A stretch of 63,888 nt of DNA, filler included, from Corallochytrium limacisporum Hawaii (lineage: Eukaryota; Protista; Pluriformea): assembly GCA_002811645.1 (NCBI GenBank). It is 7 parts of 7 records of this genome, joined end to end, with 100 filler letters (N's around TTAATTAATTAA, not from the genome) between each part and the next. Parts side by side here need not be neighbours in the genome. Positions count along the whole stretch, not along the records: positions 11,149 to 33,359 come from PDIP01000102.1; positions 33,460 to 40,779 come from PDIP01000086.1; positions 40,880 to 55,429 come from PDIP01000126.1; 4 more parts are not named here. The stretch is one strand, 5' to 3'. Below are positions 33,015 to 43,119 of this stretch, one piece after another. Both the position numbers and the translations under genes were made by a program. The notes beneath the pieces were generated by a model. The model was not told the origin of the DNA. It saw only the letters and a list, made by a program, of their open reading frames with translations, and did not search any database. Every line of letters starts with the position of its first letter. Position 1 is the stretch's first letter.

Positions 33015-33459
33015 GGTAGATCTATATGCTACACGGAAGATAACATCCCAATTGAGTCTTGGAAAGGTGGTGCAGGACAGTCATGAGATCACTTGATCAT
33101 GACTTAAATAGCCTGGTACACTGCAACCACAACCACATTCCAGCACCAAGCAATCCGAATTACACAAAAATGTCATCCGCCTGCCGACGAATGATACTGT
33201 GTATTTACCTATGATGCCCTTAGTGTCAGTTCCTGATCAGTTACCAGATAACCGTAGCTCCGTCCGTGTGTGTGAGGGGGGAAAGCGAGACCTTGCCCCG
33301 TTTTCAGCATTACCCCCCCCCTCCCCACGGGCACAATCTCTCCCCCTCCCCCCCTTTCCNNNNNNNNNNNNNNNNNNNNNNNNNNNNNNNNNNNNNNNNN
33401 NNNTTAATTAATTAANNNNNNNNNNNNNNNNNNNNNNNNNNNNNNNNNNNNNNNNNNNN

Positions 33460-33519
33460 ACGGCAGAGCTAAATCAAAAAGAGTAGATTTGATACAATAT
33501 TCCCAGACAGAGGGTGGTA
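33460..33519. mobile_element. Right-hand TIR end of TA-flanked element adjacent to linker gap
   Basis: CCAGACAGAGGGTGG|TA (to 33519) reverse-complements to TACCACCCTCTGTCTGG, identical over 17 nt to the end at 61332. Confidence 0.7.
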
Positions 33520-33984
33520 CCTTGTTGCGGGCGATTGACACAGTCTGGGTGACGAACGATACCTGATTTCCGGATGTCCGACCATTGGCCCAAGCTACGA
33601 GCGGTGAGTTTAAGAAAGGCCACGGCCCCCGCAAAGTTCTTACAAACTAGGCCCCGAACATTGATTCTGCCCCGCCGACGATTTATCCATTGGCTGTGTC
33701 GTGAGGCCTTGGTCTGCACGAGGTATCTCCAACAGTGCTATTGAACACACCTCTCTCGGAAGGTATTCTTCCTTTCCTTAGTCAGCTGTTTTGTAGGGCT
33801 ATATGGAGGTGAAAGTGAATGATGCTTTTTGAAAGAGTCATTCCAGAATCAAAGATAGCTGAAGTACAATTATTTAAGCTGAAACATATTTAGCGGCATA
33901 CTGCAGATGCATTTCCCGTGGGTGTAGTAGGATATAGCAGATTCTGAAACAATTCGTTTACGACCAGGAGTCCGCATCGGCAAC

Positions 33985-35574
33985 ATGCCGGTTGCTTCGG
34001 GAGATCGACCCACACCCTATGGGCCAATGCTGGCGTTCGTTATGGTTTTCAACCTTGTGGTGGGAGCCGGCGTTCTGGCAATGCCTCACGCGTTTGCAGA
34101 AGCGGGCCTGCTGGCAGGATCCGTTGTATTGGTGGTGCTTGGTGCGGTATCATTTGGCACGAGCAATGCAATGGTGGAAGCTATGGCATGTGCCAATGCT
34201 TATAAGCTCCTTACACGTCAAAACCCGCGGGAAGGTGATGCGTCGGACCAGGACCCAATGTTAATAAACGGGCGGGATGACAGTGACAGCATAGAGGACT
34301 TCTTTAACCTCGACCGAAAGGAAGAAATGGGAGGTATGGCAGCAATGTTCTTCGGGCACAATGGTGTGTTGTTCTTCTACTTCTCTGCGGCATTGTATCT
34401 CTTTGGCGATTTGGCCATTTACGCTGCTGCAGTGCCAAAAACAATTGTGCAGTTCATTTGCACGGATGGAAATCCCAGAAAAGGTCATGACCTTCCAACA
34501 GATGTGTGTTTCTTGGGCCTTGACGGGGAAGCAACATATCGGATATTCTTAGCTATGTTTGTGGGCTCTCTGGGGCTGTTTGTATACACTGACGTTGGCA
34601 AGACTCGGTGGTTGCAGATGTTCACGGTGGCAGCGCGCTATCTTGCATTCGGCATGATGGTGGGCGTTACCCTTTGGGATATAATTGGCGGAGTCCATGT
34701 TGACACAAAGACAATTCCTCTCGTACAGATTAGTAAGCTGCCTCAGTTCTTTGGTGCATGCATCTACAGTTTCATGTGTCATCACAGCTTGCCAAGCTTG
34801 TTAACTCCTCTTACAAGAAAAGATCTCACGCGCTGGATCCTGCTGAGCGATTACGGTGTGGCTCTTATGTGCTATCTTCTTGTTTGCTACACCGCACTCT
34901 TCCGGTTTCCAGCTGCGTCTATCCAGGACATTTACACATCGAACTTTGACGTCTACCCGTCAATTTTCATTCATTGGTTTTTGGGTCTCTTCCCTGCCTT
35001 TACTTTGAGCACCAATTTCCCAATTATTGGCATTACTCTGCGTAATAACATCCGCACTTTCTTCGATCGTCTGGGACAAAAGTACGATGCTGCCCGCTGG
35101 GTCTCGGAGACATCAATCGGTCAGAGGATAGTATGTCCGACCATCGCCATCGCGGTACCCACCACTATTGCCTTTGCAACGAGCGATGTGGGCTTTCTTG
35201 TTGGTGTGACTGGGTCGTATGCGGGTCTGCTCATTCAATATGTATTTCCTGTCTCCCTGGCGTACTATGGTAGGCAGGCAGTGACCAACCTGCTGCGAGA
35301 GATGGTCCTCGATGAAGAAGATCAACTGGATACGGAGGAGAACTCCGCATTGAATGGCTCTTCACAAGATCTTCTGAACAACGGTGAACGAGGAAGTGGT
35401 GTCACGCCCCAGGATATCGGACAATTGGTCAAGAAGCAAGGTGATCTTTATCAGGGAGTCAACCCGTACTCAACCTGGATGTCAACCTTTCCTGGATTTA
35501 TTTCTGTCATGGCGTGGTCTGTCGGCTGTGTTGCACTTGTGACTGTGAATCATATTGTGAACGGAAATGACTAA
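33985..35574 (+). CDS. TMEM104: TMEM104-like amino acid transporter
   Basis: FNLVVGAGVLAMP, MVEAMACANA, YLFGDLAIYAAAVPK, YSFMCHHSLPSL, FPAFTLSTNFPIIGITLRNN, LVGVTGSYAG motifs. Confidence 0.88.
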   Translation: MPVASGDRPTPYGPMLAFVMVFNLVVGAGVLAMPHAFAEAGLLAGSVVLVVLGAVSFGTSNAMVEAMACANAYKLLTRQNPREGDASDQDPMLINGRDDSDSIEDFFNLDRKEEMGGMAAMFFGHNGVLFFYFSAALYLFGDLAIYAAAVPKTIVQFICTDGNPRKGHDLPTDVCFLGLDGEATYRIFLAMFVGSLGLFVYTDVGKTRWLQMFTVAARYLAFGMMVGVTLWDIIGGVHVDTKTIPLVQISKLPQFFGACIYSFMCHHSLPSLLTPLTRKDLTRWILLSDYGVALMCYLLVCYTALFRFPAASIQDIYTSNFDVYPSIFIHWFLGLFPAFTLSTNFPIIGITLRNNIRTFFDRLGQKYDAARWVSETSIGQRIVCPTIAIAVPTTIAFATSDVGFLVGVTGSYAGLLIQYVFPVSLAYYGRQAVTNLLREMVLDEEDQLDTEENSALNGSSQDLLNNGERGSGVTPQDIGQLVKKQGDLYQGVNPYSTWMSTFPGFISVMAWSVGCVALVTVNHIVNGND

Positions 35575-36584
35575 GATTAGTGAGTTTTGTGTCGTATTTT
35601 ACTTTAGATAAACTGTGCCTCTTGGACATTGACATGGTATTAGTGTATGGCTGTCTTAGAATTCTTTGGTGACAATGTAAAGATATTGAGGACCTGTTCT
35701 TTTCGTCACACCATAGGCGATCGCAAGCGATCTCTCAGATGTCTAAACTGGCAAATGAAGCTGTGCGCTGACCCAGGGCAGAAACCTGAAAGCCAAGTTT
35801 TGATTAAACTTTGAGACACTTCTTACTGGAACCTTAATGTGTGATTGGGCGCCACCCAAACTTCTTCCAGGGAGTTCACAAAACCTAAAACCCTAACACG
35901 TACATAATTAATATGAATTACATGCCAGCAAGAGGGAGCGTGTTTTTTGATTGGAACCCAACCTCCGTATTCGCCCCACTCGTTTAATGTAGTCATCGCT
36001 GAAGTGGGCTCGCAACTGCAGAATTAGTTCAAGACGTGCCGCAGCCCACGCAATTTATTATCGTCCTTGTGGTCGCAAATCGTCAACAAGAGTAGACATT
36101 GGACGTCCCTACATGGGGAAAGCTGTGCTAGCGCACGCCACGACCCGCTCGGTCCCAAAAATTGCCCGTTGGCACCACAGCGCAGACGAACAAGGAATTT
36201 TCGTGGTCAAATCACCCCGTCATGGACACAATTGGACGGTAAAGTATTCCTTCTCCGCAGAGGGATTGGTGCTAATAATAGAACTGCGCACAAAGGGGGA
36301 GGGTTGATGGTGAGACGAGTAGAACCGGATATTTGCGTATCTTGGCGTGTTTATCCATGAATAGGTGTCCGTTGGCTTGTTTCACTGAGGACGCAAGAAG
36401 TGGCGGTTTTGTGATAAGGCAGAATGTCCGAAACCAAGCCTCCACCACTGCTCTCCGTTCGTACTTTCTCGGTTCGATATGGTTCTTTACAATTCAGGTA
36501 TAAATATTACTGATCCGTACAAAACATGGTGGTAGAAGTAAGTGTCGAGAAGAGTTGACATCTTCAAGAACTTCAAACGAAACC

Positions 36585-37472
36585 ATGTCTCTGCGCTACG
36601 ACGGACGTGTCGTTATTGTTACCGGTGCCGGCAACGGTCTGGGCAAGTCCTATGCTCTTGAGTTTGCTAAGCGTGGTGCTAAAGTTGTAGTGAACGACCT
36701 GGGTGGATCTGCTTTCGGGGATGGTTCTTCCTCTAAGGCCGCCGACCTAGTCGTCGAGGAGATCAAGCGTGCTGGTGGGGAGGCAGTGGCAAACTACGAT
36801 TCCGTTGAGAATGGTGAGGCTATCGTTAAGACTGCTATTGACAACTATGGCCGCATTGATGTCGTCGTCAACAACGCAGGCATTCTCCGAGACAAGTCCT
36901 TCCAGCGCATGTCTGAACAGGATTGGGATATTATCCAACGCGTACATCTGACAGGATCCATGCGCGTGACTAAGGCTGCCTGGCCCTACATGAAGAAGCA
37001 GAACTACGGTAAAATAATCATGACCTCCTCCACTTCCGGAATCTTTGGCAACTTCGGTCAAACCAATTATGCTGCTGCTAAAATGGGTGTTGTCGGCATG
37101 GCGTTCACTCTGTCCAAGGAGGGTGCGAAGAACAATATTCACGTCAACTCTATCTGCCCCACCGCTGGTAGCCGTCTGACTGCTACTATCATGCCTGAGG
37201 ATCTTGTTATCAAGATGAAGCCCGACTACGTTGTGCCTCTGGTTATCTATCTCTGTCATGAAAGCTGCCAGGACACCAACAAAGTGTTCCAGGCTGGTTC
37301 CGGATGGTTCGCCCAGGTCCGTTGGCAGCGTTCTGAAGGTATTTTCGTCAACGACAACACTGCTGAGGCTGTGCGAGATTCCTGGGACAAGATCACTGGC
37401 TTTGACGGCAAGGTTACATACCCCGAGAATGGCGATGTCACTTTCATGTTGGAAGCGCTCGCAAAGCTCTAA
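36585..37472 (+). CDS. (3R)-hydroxyacyl-CoA dehydrogenase, stand-alone HSD17B4/MFE-2 N-terminal domain, peroxisomal (PTS1 -AKL)
   Basis: [55 protein letters not shown]; ends AKL; start AACC-ATG at 36585; TATAAAT at 36499. Confidence 0.92.
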   Translation: MSLRYDGRVVIVTGAGNGLGKSYALEFAKRGAKVVVNDLGGSAFGDGSSSKAADLVVEEIKRAGGEAVANYDSVENGEAIVKTAIDNYGRIDVVVNNAGILRDKSFQRMSEQDWDIIQRVHLTGSMRVTKAAWPYMKKQNYGKIIMTSSTSGIFGNFGQTNYAAAKMGVVGMAFTLSKEGAKNNIHVNSICPTAGSRLTATIMPEDLVIKMKPDYVVPLVIYLCHESCQDTNKVFQAGSGWFAQVRWQRSEGIFVNDNTAEAVRDSWDKITGFDGKVTYPENGDVTFMLEALAKL

Positions 37473-38011
37473 GTCTTCCGTATGATGTGATCACTTGGCT
37501 ATGCCAAGTGCAATAAACATGATTGGATGTAACTGTAAATGAGTGATCTATGAATGTATGAAAACTGATAAATCTTGACTTCCTGCATAGTCGGTTGTAG
37601 TTCTAGGATGACACTCAAATGTATGACTAAAAAAGAACACAAAGATGTCATGACATTCTCTGCTTTCATCAACCCTTCTCAGACTTCTGCTCAACCATTT
37701 TGCTTGTAGAGCACGGAATCAATAGCTGGAGCACCTCGTGAATCTCTGCATGACGAAACCAGTTCCGCCTGTGTATGTTCTGAAGAAGCTCGTATGCTCT
37801 TAGTGACCAGAAACCAATTATTGTGAGTAATTGCTCCACAAATGTAAAGGAATCGGAATCATTTGATTACTTTGATTTTTCAATCAAGTGGGACAACTAT
37901 TTGAGGGAGTTGGCAGGGACCGACCGGGTCTCATCGACGTGTACAGGCGATCCCGGGTGACGGGTGCGGAATTTGAGCATGTAGACGTTGAGTTTTGTTA
38001 CCTTTCTCAAC

Positions 38012-40717
38012 ATGACTGCCAATTGCATTTGTAATGGACAAGGTGCTGGTGACATGATCGGCTGTGATGGTTGTGACAATTGGTACCATCTGGCATGCCT
38101 CGACATCACCCCTGTCGAGTCTGCCATTCTTGACAAGTTTTACTGCCATGCGTGCCATAGAGACAATGGAATAGACAGTTACCCCAAGTCACTCACACTA
38201 AAGGAGCTGGCGCTGGTGAACCAGTACCGAAATCGGATCCGAAGTTGGCCGTTTCACGACTCAGTAGATGTTGTACTGGAGGTGTCAGGCTCAGACTTGA
38301 CGTTAAGTCTCCTTGAAAAAACCGGTTTCAAGAAGCCTATCGTCGTTAGAGAGCCAAGTAAACTAGGCATGACCCTTCCTGACCCGGAAAATTTCGGTGT
38401 TGATGAAGTTTGCCGAGTGATCGGGGGTAGGCGGATGCTGGACGTTATTGACGTCGCCCGGCAGGAGGATTTTAACTGGGATTTGAACAAATGGGTGAAG
38501 TATTACAACACTCCGTACGAGAAAAAGTCCAAGATATTGAATGTAATCAGTCTAGAGTTTTCTGATACGAAACTACGGAACGTGGTTCAGAGTCCGTCCG
38601 TAGTGCGGACTTTAGATTGGATTGACAAACACTGGCCCAGCGGCCAAGCCGACAAGAAACCCAAAGTGCAGTATTACTGCCTTATGGGCGTCCGCGATTC
38701 ATACACTGACTTCCACATAGACTTTGCCGGCACTTCAGTGTGGTATCACGTGCTCAAGGGGCGCAAGATCTTTTTCCTAGTTCCTCCCACTCCGGAAAAC
38801 CTTGTAGCGTACGAGACTTGGGTCGCATCACCAAATCAGGCACGAACATTCTTTGCTTCTCTGGTTCCAAAGACCTATCGTATCGAACTGACTGCAGGTA
38901 ATACGTTCATGATCCCCAGCGGCTGGATCCATGCTGTTTTCACTCCATGCGATTCCTTAGTCTTTGGTGGTAATTTTCTGCACGACTACGCTGTGCCGAT
39001 GCAGCAATACGTATTCAATTTGGAGAATCGCGTTGAAATTCCTGGGCGATTCCAGTTCCCCAGATTCGCAGAAATGTCTTGGTACGCAGCGAAGGCAATG
39101 TTGGATGCTTCCGCCGGAGACTACCGGAATCTGAAGGGATCGTGGAAGGCAGAATTGAAACAGGTACACAATCACTTCCAAGAGTGGCTTAGGTCACCCA
39201 AGAAGATCATGTCAAGTGTGCCAGATAACATTGATTCCAGTCGACTCCTGGAAAAGATGGAGATGTACATCGAAGAGATGGAGCATGCTGGAGTCTCGTT
39301 CTCTAAGAGCGTACCTTCTGAGACCGATGTGAAGCAGATGAAACCCAAGGCGGTGTCGAAGGTCGAGTCGGCGTACAAGATCCATGACGCGCTCCCCGCA
39401 ACAAACAAGGGAACAACCGTCGGTGTAGTGGTTGGAAAGTCAGCTGCAAAGGGCCCAGGATCCACTCGTGGGGTGCGGAGAAAATCGGCACAGAATTCTG
39501 AGTTCATGTACAAGGCCTGGGATCAGATCTCAGATATTGATAGTGACTCTGACGACAACCTGGATTTACAACTGAAAGCAGGGAATGATAACGGCGACGA
39601 GGAAGATCTTGGGGAGGCAGAGTATGTTCCTGGGCAAGATATCAGTGTTAAAAAGATGTTTAACACAAAGGAGTATGATGACGAGGGACAAGATATCTAC
39701 GTGAGCGATGATGGCGACCCAGCAGGAACCCTCAGGAGGTCAACCGGTCAGGGCGCAGATGTGACTTACGAAGAAGGAAAGTCCAAGGTTGTTGAATCCA
39801 AGATCACCGTTGTCACGAAGGGTACGTCATCCTCCAATAGCCGCGTAGGGGGAAGTGGTAGTAGATGCGGTCGCGGTGGAGGAGCCCCGGGGGGAGGCTC
39901 TTCCGTCGCAGGTGAGGGAGGTGGAAGCGTTACAGTGGTCATTAAAGGCGACTTGGAAGCCAATGCTGGTGGTATCTTTGATTTTGGTACTGAGTCTGAC
40001 AGCGATGATGGTGGCAACCAAAGCAAGAATCTCAGAAAGACCAACGGAGGGCCCCGTAAAGGACGCGTGATTATTCAAAATGCTAAGGCTGAAGCAATGG
40101 ACAGCAGTGATGAAGAGGACTTCCGCCCGACAACGGGTTATAGAAAGGAGGTTACGTACTCTGAAAGTAAGAGCCAACGGTTCCCCCGCCTGGGACCTGG
40201 CATTGGCAATCCTCGGGTCCCTGCACAACGTACCGGGGGCATTTATCCAATCATGGATGAGCGAAAACCAGATCCGAATCGACCGACCCGTAGTGATGAA
40301 GAATTTGTAGCCTCTGAGGACGATGGCGAGTTTGAAGATCAAGATGTTGGTGTATACCACCGTGTTAATGTAAAAAAGGACGACGATGATCCGTATGGCA
40401 CCGTGGAAGCCCTGCGGAGAAAATATGCTAGGACGAAGGCTGAGAAAATGCAAGACGAGCTCATGAAGAGGAAGCAAGATGCGGCCATGGAAAAAGGAGT
40501 GCAGGATCTGGAGGCCGCATTTGCAAAAGGTCTCGATGAAGACGACGATGAGGACGAGAAGAGAGATGAAGACGACGATGAGGAGGGTGACAACAACGAC
40601 GACGATGTCTTTAAGCGACCGACAGGGTCACGAAAGAGCAAACAGGCAAAGCGCACACAAACCCAGGCCGATATCCTGGCTAGCAACCTCGCCCGCATGA
40701 AGCGGAGGAAGAAATAA
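38012..40717 (+). CDS. PHD finger + JmjC histone lysine demethylase (JHDM1/KDM7/PHF8-like)
   Basis: PHD C4HC3 (CIC...MIGCDGCDNWYHLAC...FYCHAC); LNVISLEFS; YTDFHIDFAGTSVWYH (HxD); IPSGWIHAVFTP; LVFGGNFLH; acidic disordered tail ending KRRKK. Confidence 0.93.
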   Translation: MTANCICNGQGAGDMIGCDGCDNWYHLACLDITPVESAILDKFYCHACHRDNGIDSYPKSLTLKELALVNQYRNRIRSWPFHDSVDVVLEVSGSDLTLSLLEKTGFKKPIVVREPSKLGMTLPDPENFGVDEVCRVIGGRRMLDVIDVARQEDFNWDLNKWVKYYNTPYEKKSKILNVISLEFSDTKLRNVVQSPSVVRTLDWIDKHWPSGQADKKPKVQYYCLMGVRDSYTDFHIDFAGTSVWYHVLKGRKIFFLVPPTPENLVAYETWVASPNQARTFFASLVPKTYRIELTAGNTFMIPSGWIHAVFTPCDSLVFGGNFLHDYAVPMQQYVFNLENRVEIPGRFQFPRFAEMSWYAAKAMLDASAGDYRNLKGSWKAELKQVHNHFQEWLRSPKKIMSSVPDNIDSSRLLEKMEMYIEEMEHAGVSFSKSVPSETDVKQMKPKAVSKVESAYKIHDALPATNKGTTVGVVVGKSAAKGPGSTRGVRRKSAQNSEFMYKAWDQISDIDSDSDDNLDLQLKAGNDNGDEEDLGEAEYVPGQDISVKKMFNTKEYDDEGQDIYVSDDGDPAGTLRRSTGQGADVTYEEGKSKVVESKITVVTKGTSSSNSRVGGSGSRCGRGGGAPGGGSSVAGEGGGSVTVVIKGDLEANAGGIFDFGTESDSDDGGNQSKNLRKTNGGPRKGRVIIQNAKAEAMDSSDEEDFRPTTGYRKEVTYSESKSQRFPRLGPGIGNPRVPAQRTGGIYPIMDERKPDPNRPTRSDEEFVASEDDGEFEDQDVGVYHRVNVKKDDDDPYGTVEALRRKYARTKAEKMQDELMKRKQDAAMEKGVQDLEAAFAKGLDEDDDEDEKRDEDDDEEGDNNDDDVFKRPTGSRKSKQAKRTQTQADILASNLARMKRRKK

Positions 40718-40718
40718 C

Positions 40719-40940
40719 TACCAACCTCTGTTCAATAAAAAAGTGCAGAATTTCGAAAAACCGGTGTTCAACAAAAATTNNNNNNNNNNNNNNNNNNNNN
40801 NNNNNNNNNNNNNNNNNNNNNNNTTAATTAATTAANNNNNNNNNNNNNNNNNNNNNNNNNNNNNNNNNNNNNNNNNNNNAAAGAAGGTTGCGACCCTATA
40901 AACCTAAATTCCTCCTTAACTTATGGGGCAGAGGTTGGTA
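40719..40940. mobile_element. TA-flanked TIR DNA element, interior lost in linker gap
   Basis: AAC-TA|CCAACCTCTG ... CAGAGGTTGG|TA-GTT; 40908-40940 is identical over 33 nt to 11198-11230. Confidence 0.8.
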
Positions 40941-42010
40941 GTTTTCAACGGCCGTCACTATTAACCGACGACCATTCCATCTTCATACGGCAACCATCAG
41001 CAGCACACGGGACATATGGTTGTGTTGTTGGTGGTGTTCTGGTGTTTGACATATGTGGGCAACCAGCTGCCATGAGTTGTGAATGGGCAATACAGTCAGA
41101 CACCAAGTTTACCACGGCCGACCATCACCAACAACTGAAAATGAATGGCGTCGTCAACACGGAGGATTAACGGCATGATGCATGGCGCATGTTTGGGAAT
41201 TTTGGAATTAGTGGTACTTCGGTTGATTTCTGCCCGGCATTTCCGTTGTCATCTCAGGACGATGACCATCAAAACGGAACATGTACGTTGTTTCTCGATC
41301 TCTCTGATGTTATGCCACCCAAAACGTACGAAAGTTTGACTAACCCCGGAGCCAATGGGGGTAGTAAAGGTTGGAGAAGAGTAGCATTAAGTATGATCGC
41401 ATTCCCAGCAGCCGTGTTCGCCAATTACTACGACAACTTTCAGAACTACACAGCAACCAACAACACCGAAGCATTTAATACCATCTGCTCTTTTACGTGA
41501 AGATCGACATCCTCGTCGTCCCCACTTGATAAGTGCGGCTGTAAGCAACAGTCCCATGACCCAGTAACTAGCTCTGAAGGATATCGTCTCGAGAGCAAAT
41601 CGATCGAGCAACCAGAAAACTTGTACGTTAGTAAATGACTACGCTTAGGTGAAATCCTCGCCAATCAGGAAGGCACGGACCAAACATCTGTCTAGCACAG
41701 AACTGATTGTTCCAGCAGAGCCTGACGGAGAACCCCATGCCTTCCCGATGGCTCTCAACCTCGGGGTCGGTACGCATCGTCAGACCGTGACGATTGGTAC
41801 GAATTGTTTTTCTTCCCATACAAGTCGAGTGTGTGCAGATTTGTACGAGGGCGGGGAGGGGAAGGGGGGGGGGAGTTGTTCAGGTGGGGTTGTGGAGGAA
41901 AACGGGAGAGCGGGGCCATTCCATCGGGTTCCCCAATTGATACGGATGGCATCGATGGTGACAGAATGGCCTTACCGCCGATCCTTCTTCCCAACAACCA
42001 CACACCAGCG

Positions 42011-42049
<39 letters not shown>

Positions 42050-42097
42050 GCAACAACAGCAACAACAGCAACAACAACGATCACAACAACAACAACA
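42011..42097 (+). repeat. (CAA/CAG)n trinucleotide microsatellite
   Basis: Long CAA run with CAG variants. Confidence 0.95.
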
Positions 42098-42603
42098 AAG
42101 AAAAAAAGAAGAGCGAAAAAATTCGATCCACACTGTTGAAGGAAGGGATGACCGATCGCATTCGCATCGACTGGGGTCAATCAGGGGGCGGACCAGGCCC
42201 CATTATATGTCCGCGGTCCCAAATTCCAGTTTGTGAAAATGTTTTTTTTCCACTTCGTTTTTGCATAGGACAAAGCGATACGTGATTTCGGTATTGGTAT
42301 ACAGAACAAACCACCCAACCCGTAACAAGAAGGAAAAATTGAAACTGTTGTCCAGTGATCGCTGGCCGAAACATATCCGTAGTCCGGACCGGACAGCTTC
42401 CGCGATGGATTTCAGTGTCGTAGATTCTCCATACTTAACATACGCAGGGTGTGATCCTGGTATTCAATGGTTCTCCTGAAATACATAGATTGGATCTTAA
42501 GCAAAATTCTTCAGTACTTTTAGTATTGCACATACATCAAATTGCTTCTCTCCATGGATACAACATGGTTCCCTGATCTCAGTATATTCACTACAGGACC
42601 GCT

Positions 42604-43119
42604 GTGTCGAAATATTGCTCAAAACCGCCTTTCGACGAAAGTCCATCTCACGAAAGGCCGAAAATTTCTGACTGTGACGGGCGTAGCAATTTTTCATTGC
42701 AGAGAGAATGTATGTCATGGGACCACGCAACAGTGTGCGAGCAATTTGGGAATAGTTTGAGTTCGATTTCTGGCCACTACGAACCGGGAAACCGCACGGT
42801 TCCCGCGCTTTCAACCAATGTGAACTCTCAGACCGGCGGTTTTATGCTTGCGTTCATCCGCATGCAAGACACAGACAACCAGTGTATGTGAACCGTAGAT
42901 AACAAATGCCACTCCACGAGACACTACACGAAGTATCATGAACATGGTTTCATTCGAGAATGTCTCAGGGTTGTCTTACAAGATTTCCACAATGTTGAAC
43001 GAATTCGATACACGCGAATTGACCACTTCCGCCCCAAGACAAACACATCAGCACCTAAGGAGTGTAACAATGAGCCGGTTTGCATACTCACACACCCGCA
43101 AAATATTAATTCCTCTTGA
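42604..43119 (+). pseudogene. Possible decayed C-type lectin domain relic
   Basis: MSWDHATVCEQFGNSLSSISGHYE fits W-x2-A..C-x3-G-x2-L-x-SI-x4-E. In-frame TGA at 42889 sits where a Trp might be expected, then ...RECLRV...ECNNEPVC; weak. Confidence 0.22.

Noticed and set aside
41649-42236. Poly-Q/poly-T ORFs
   Set aside because: Open frames produced by the CAA microsatellite.
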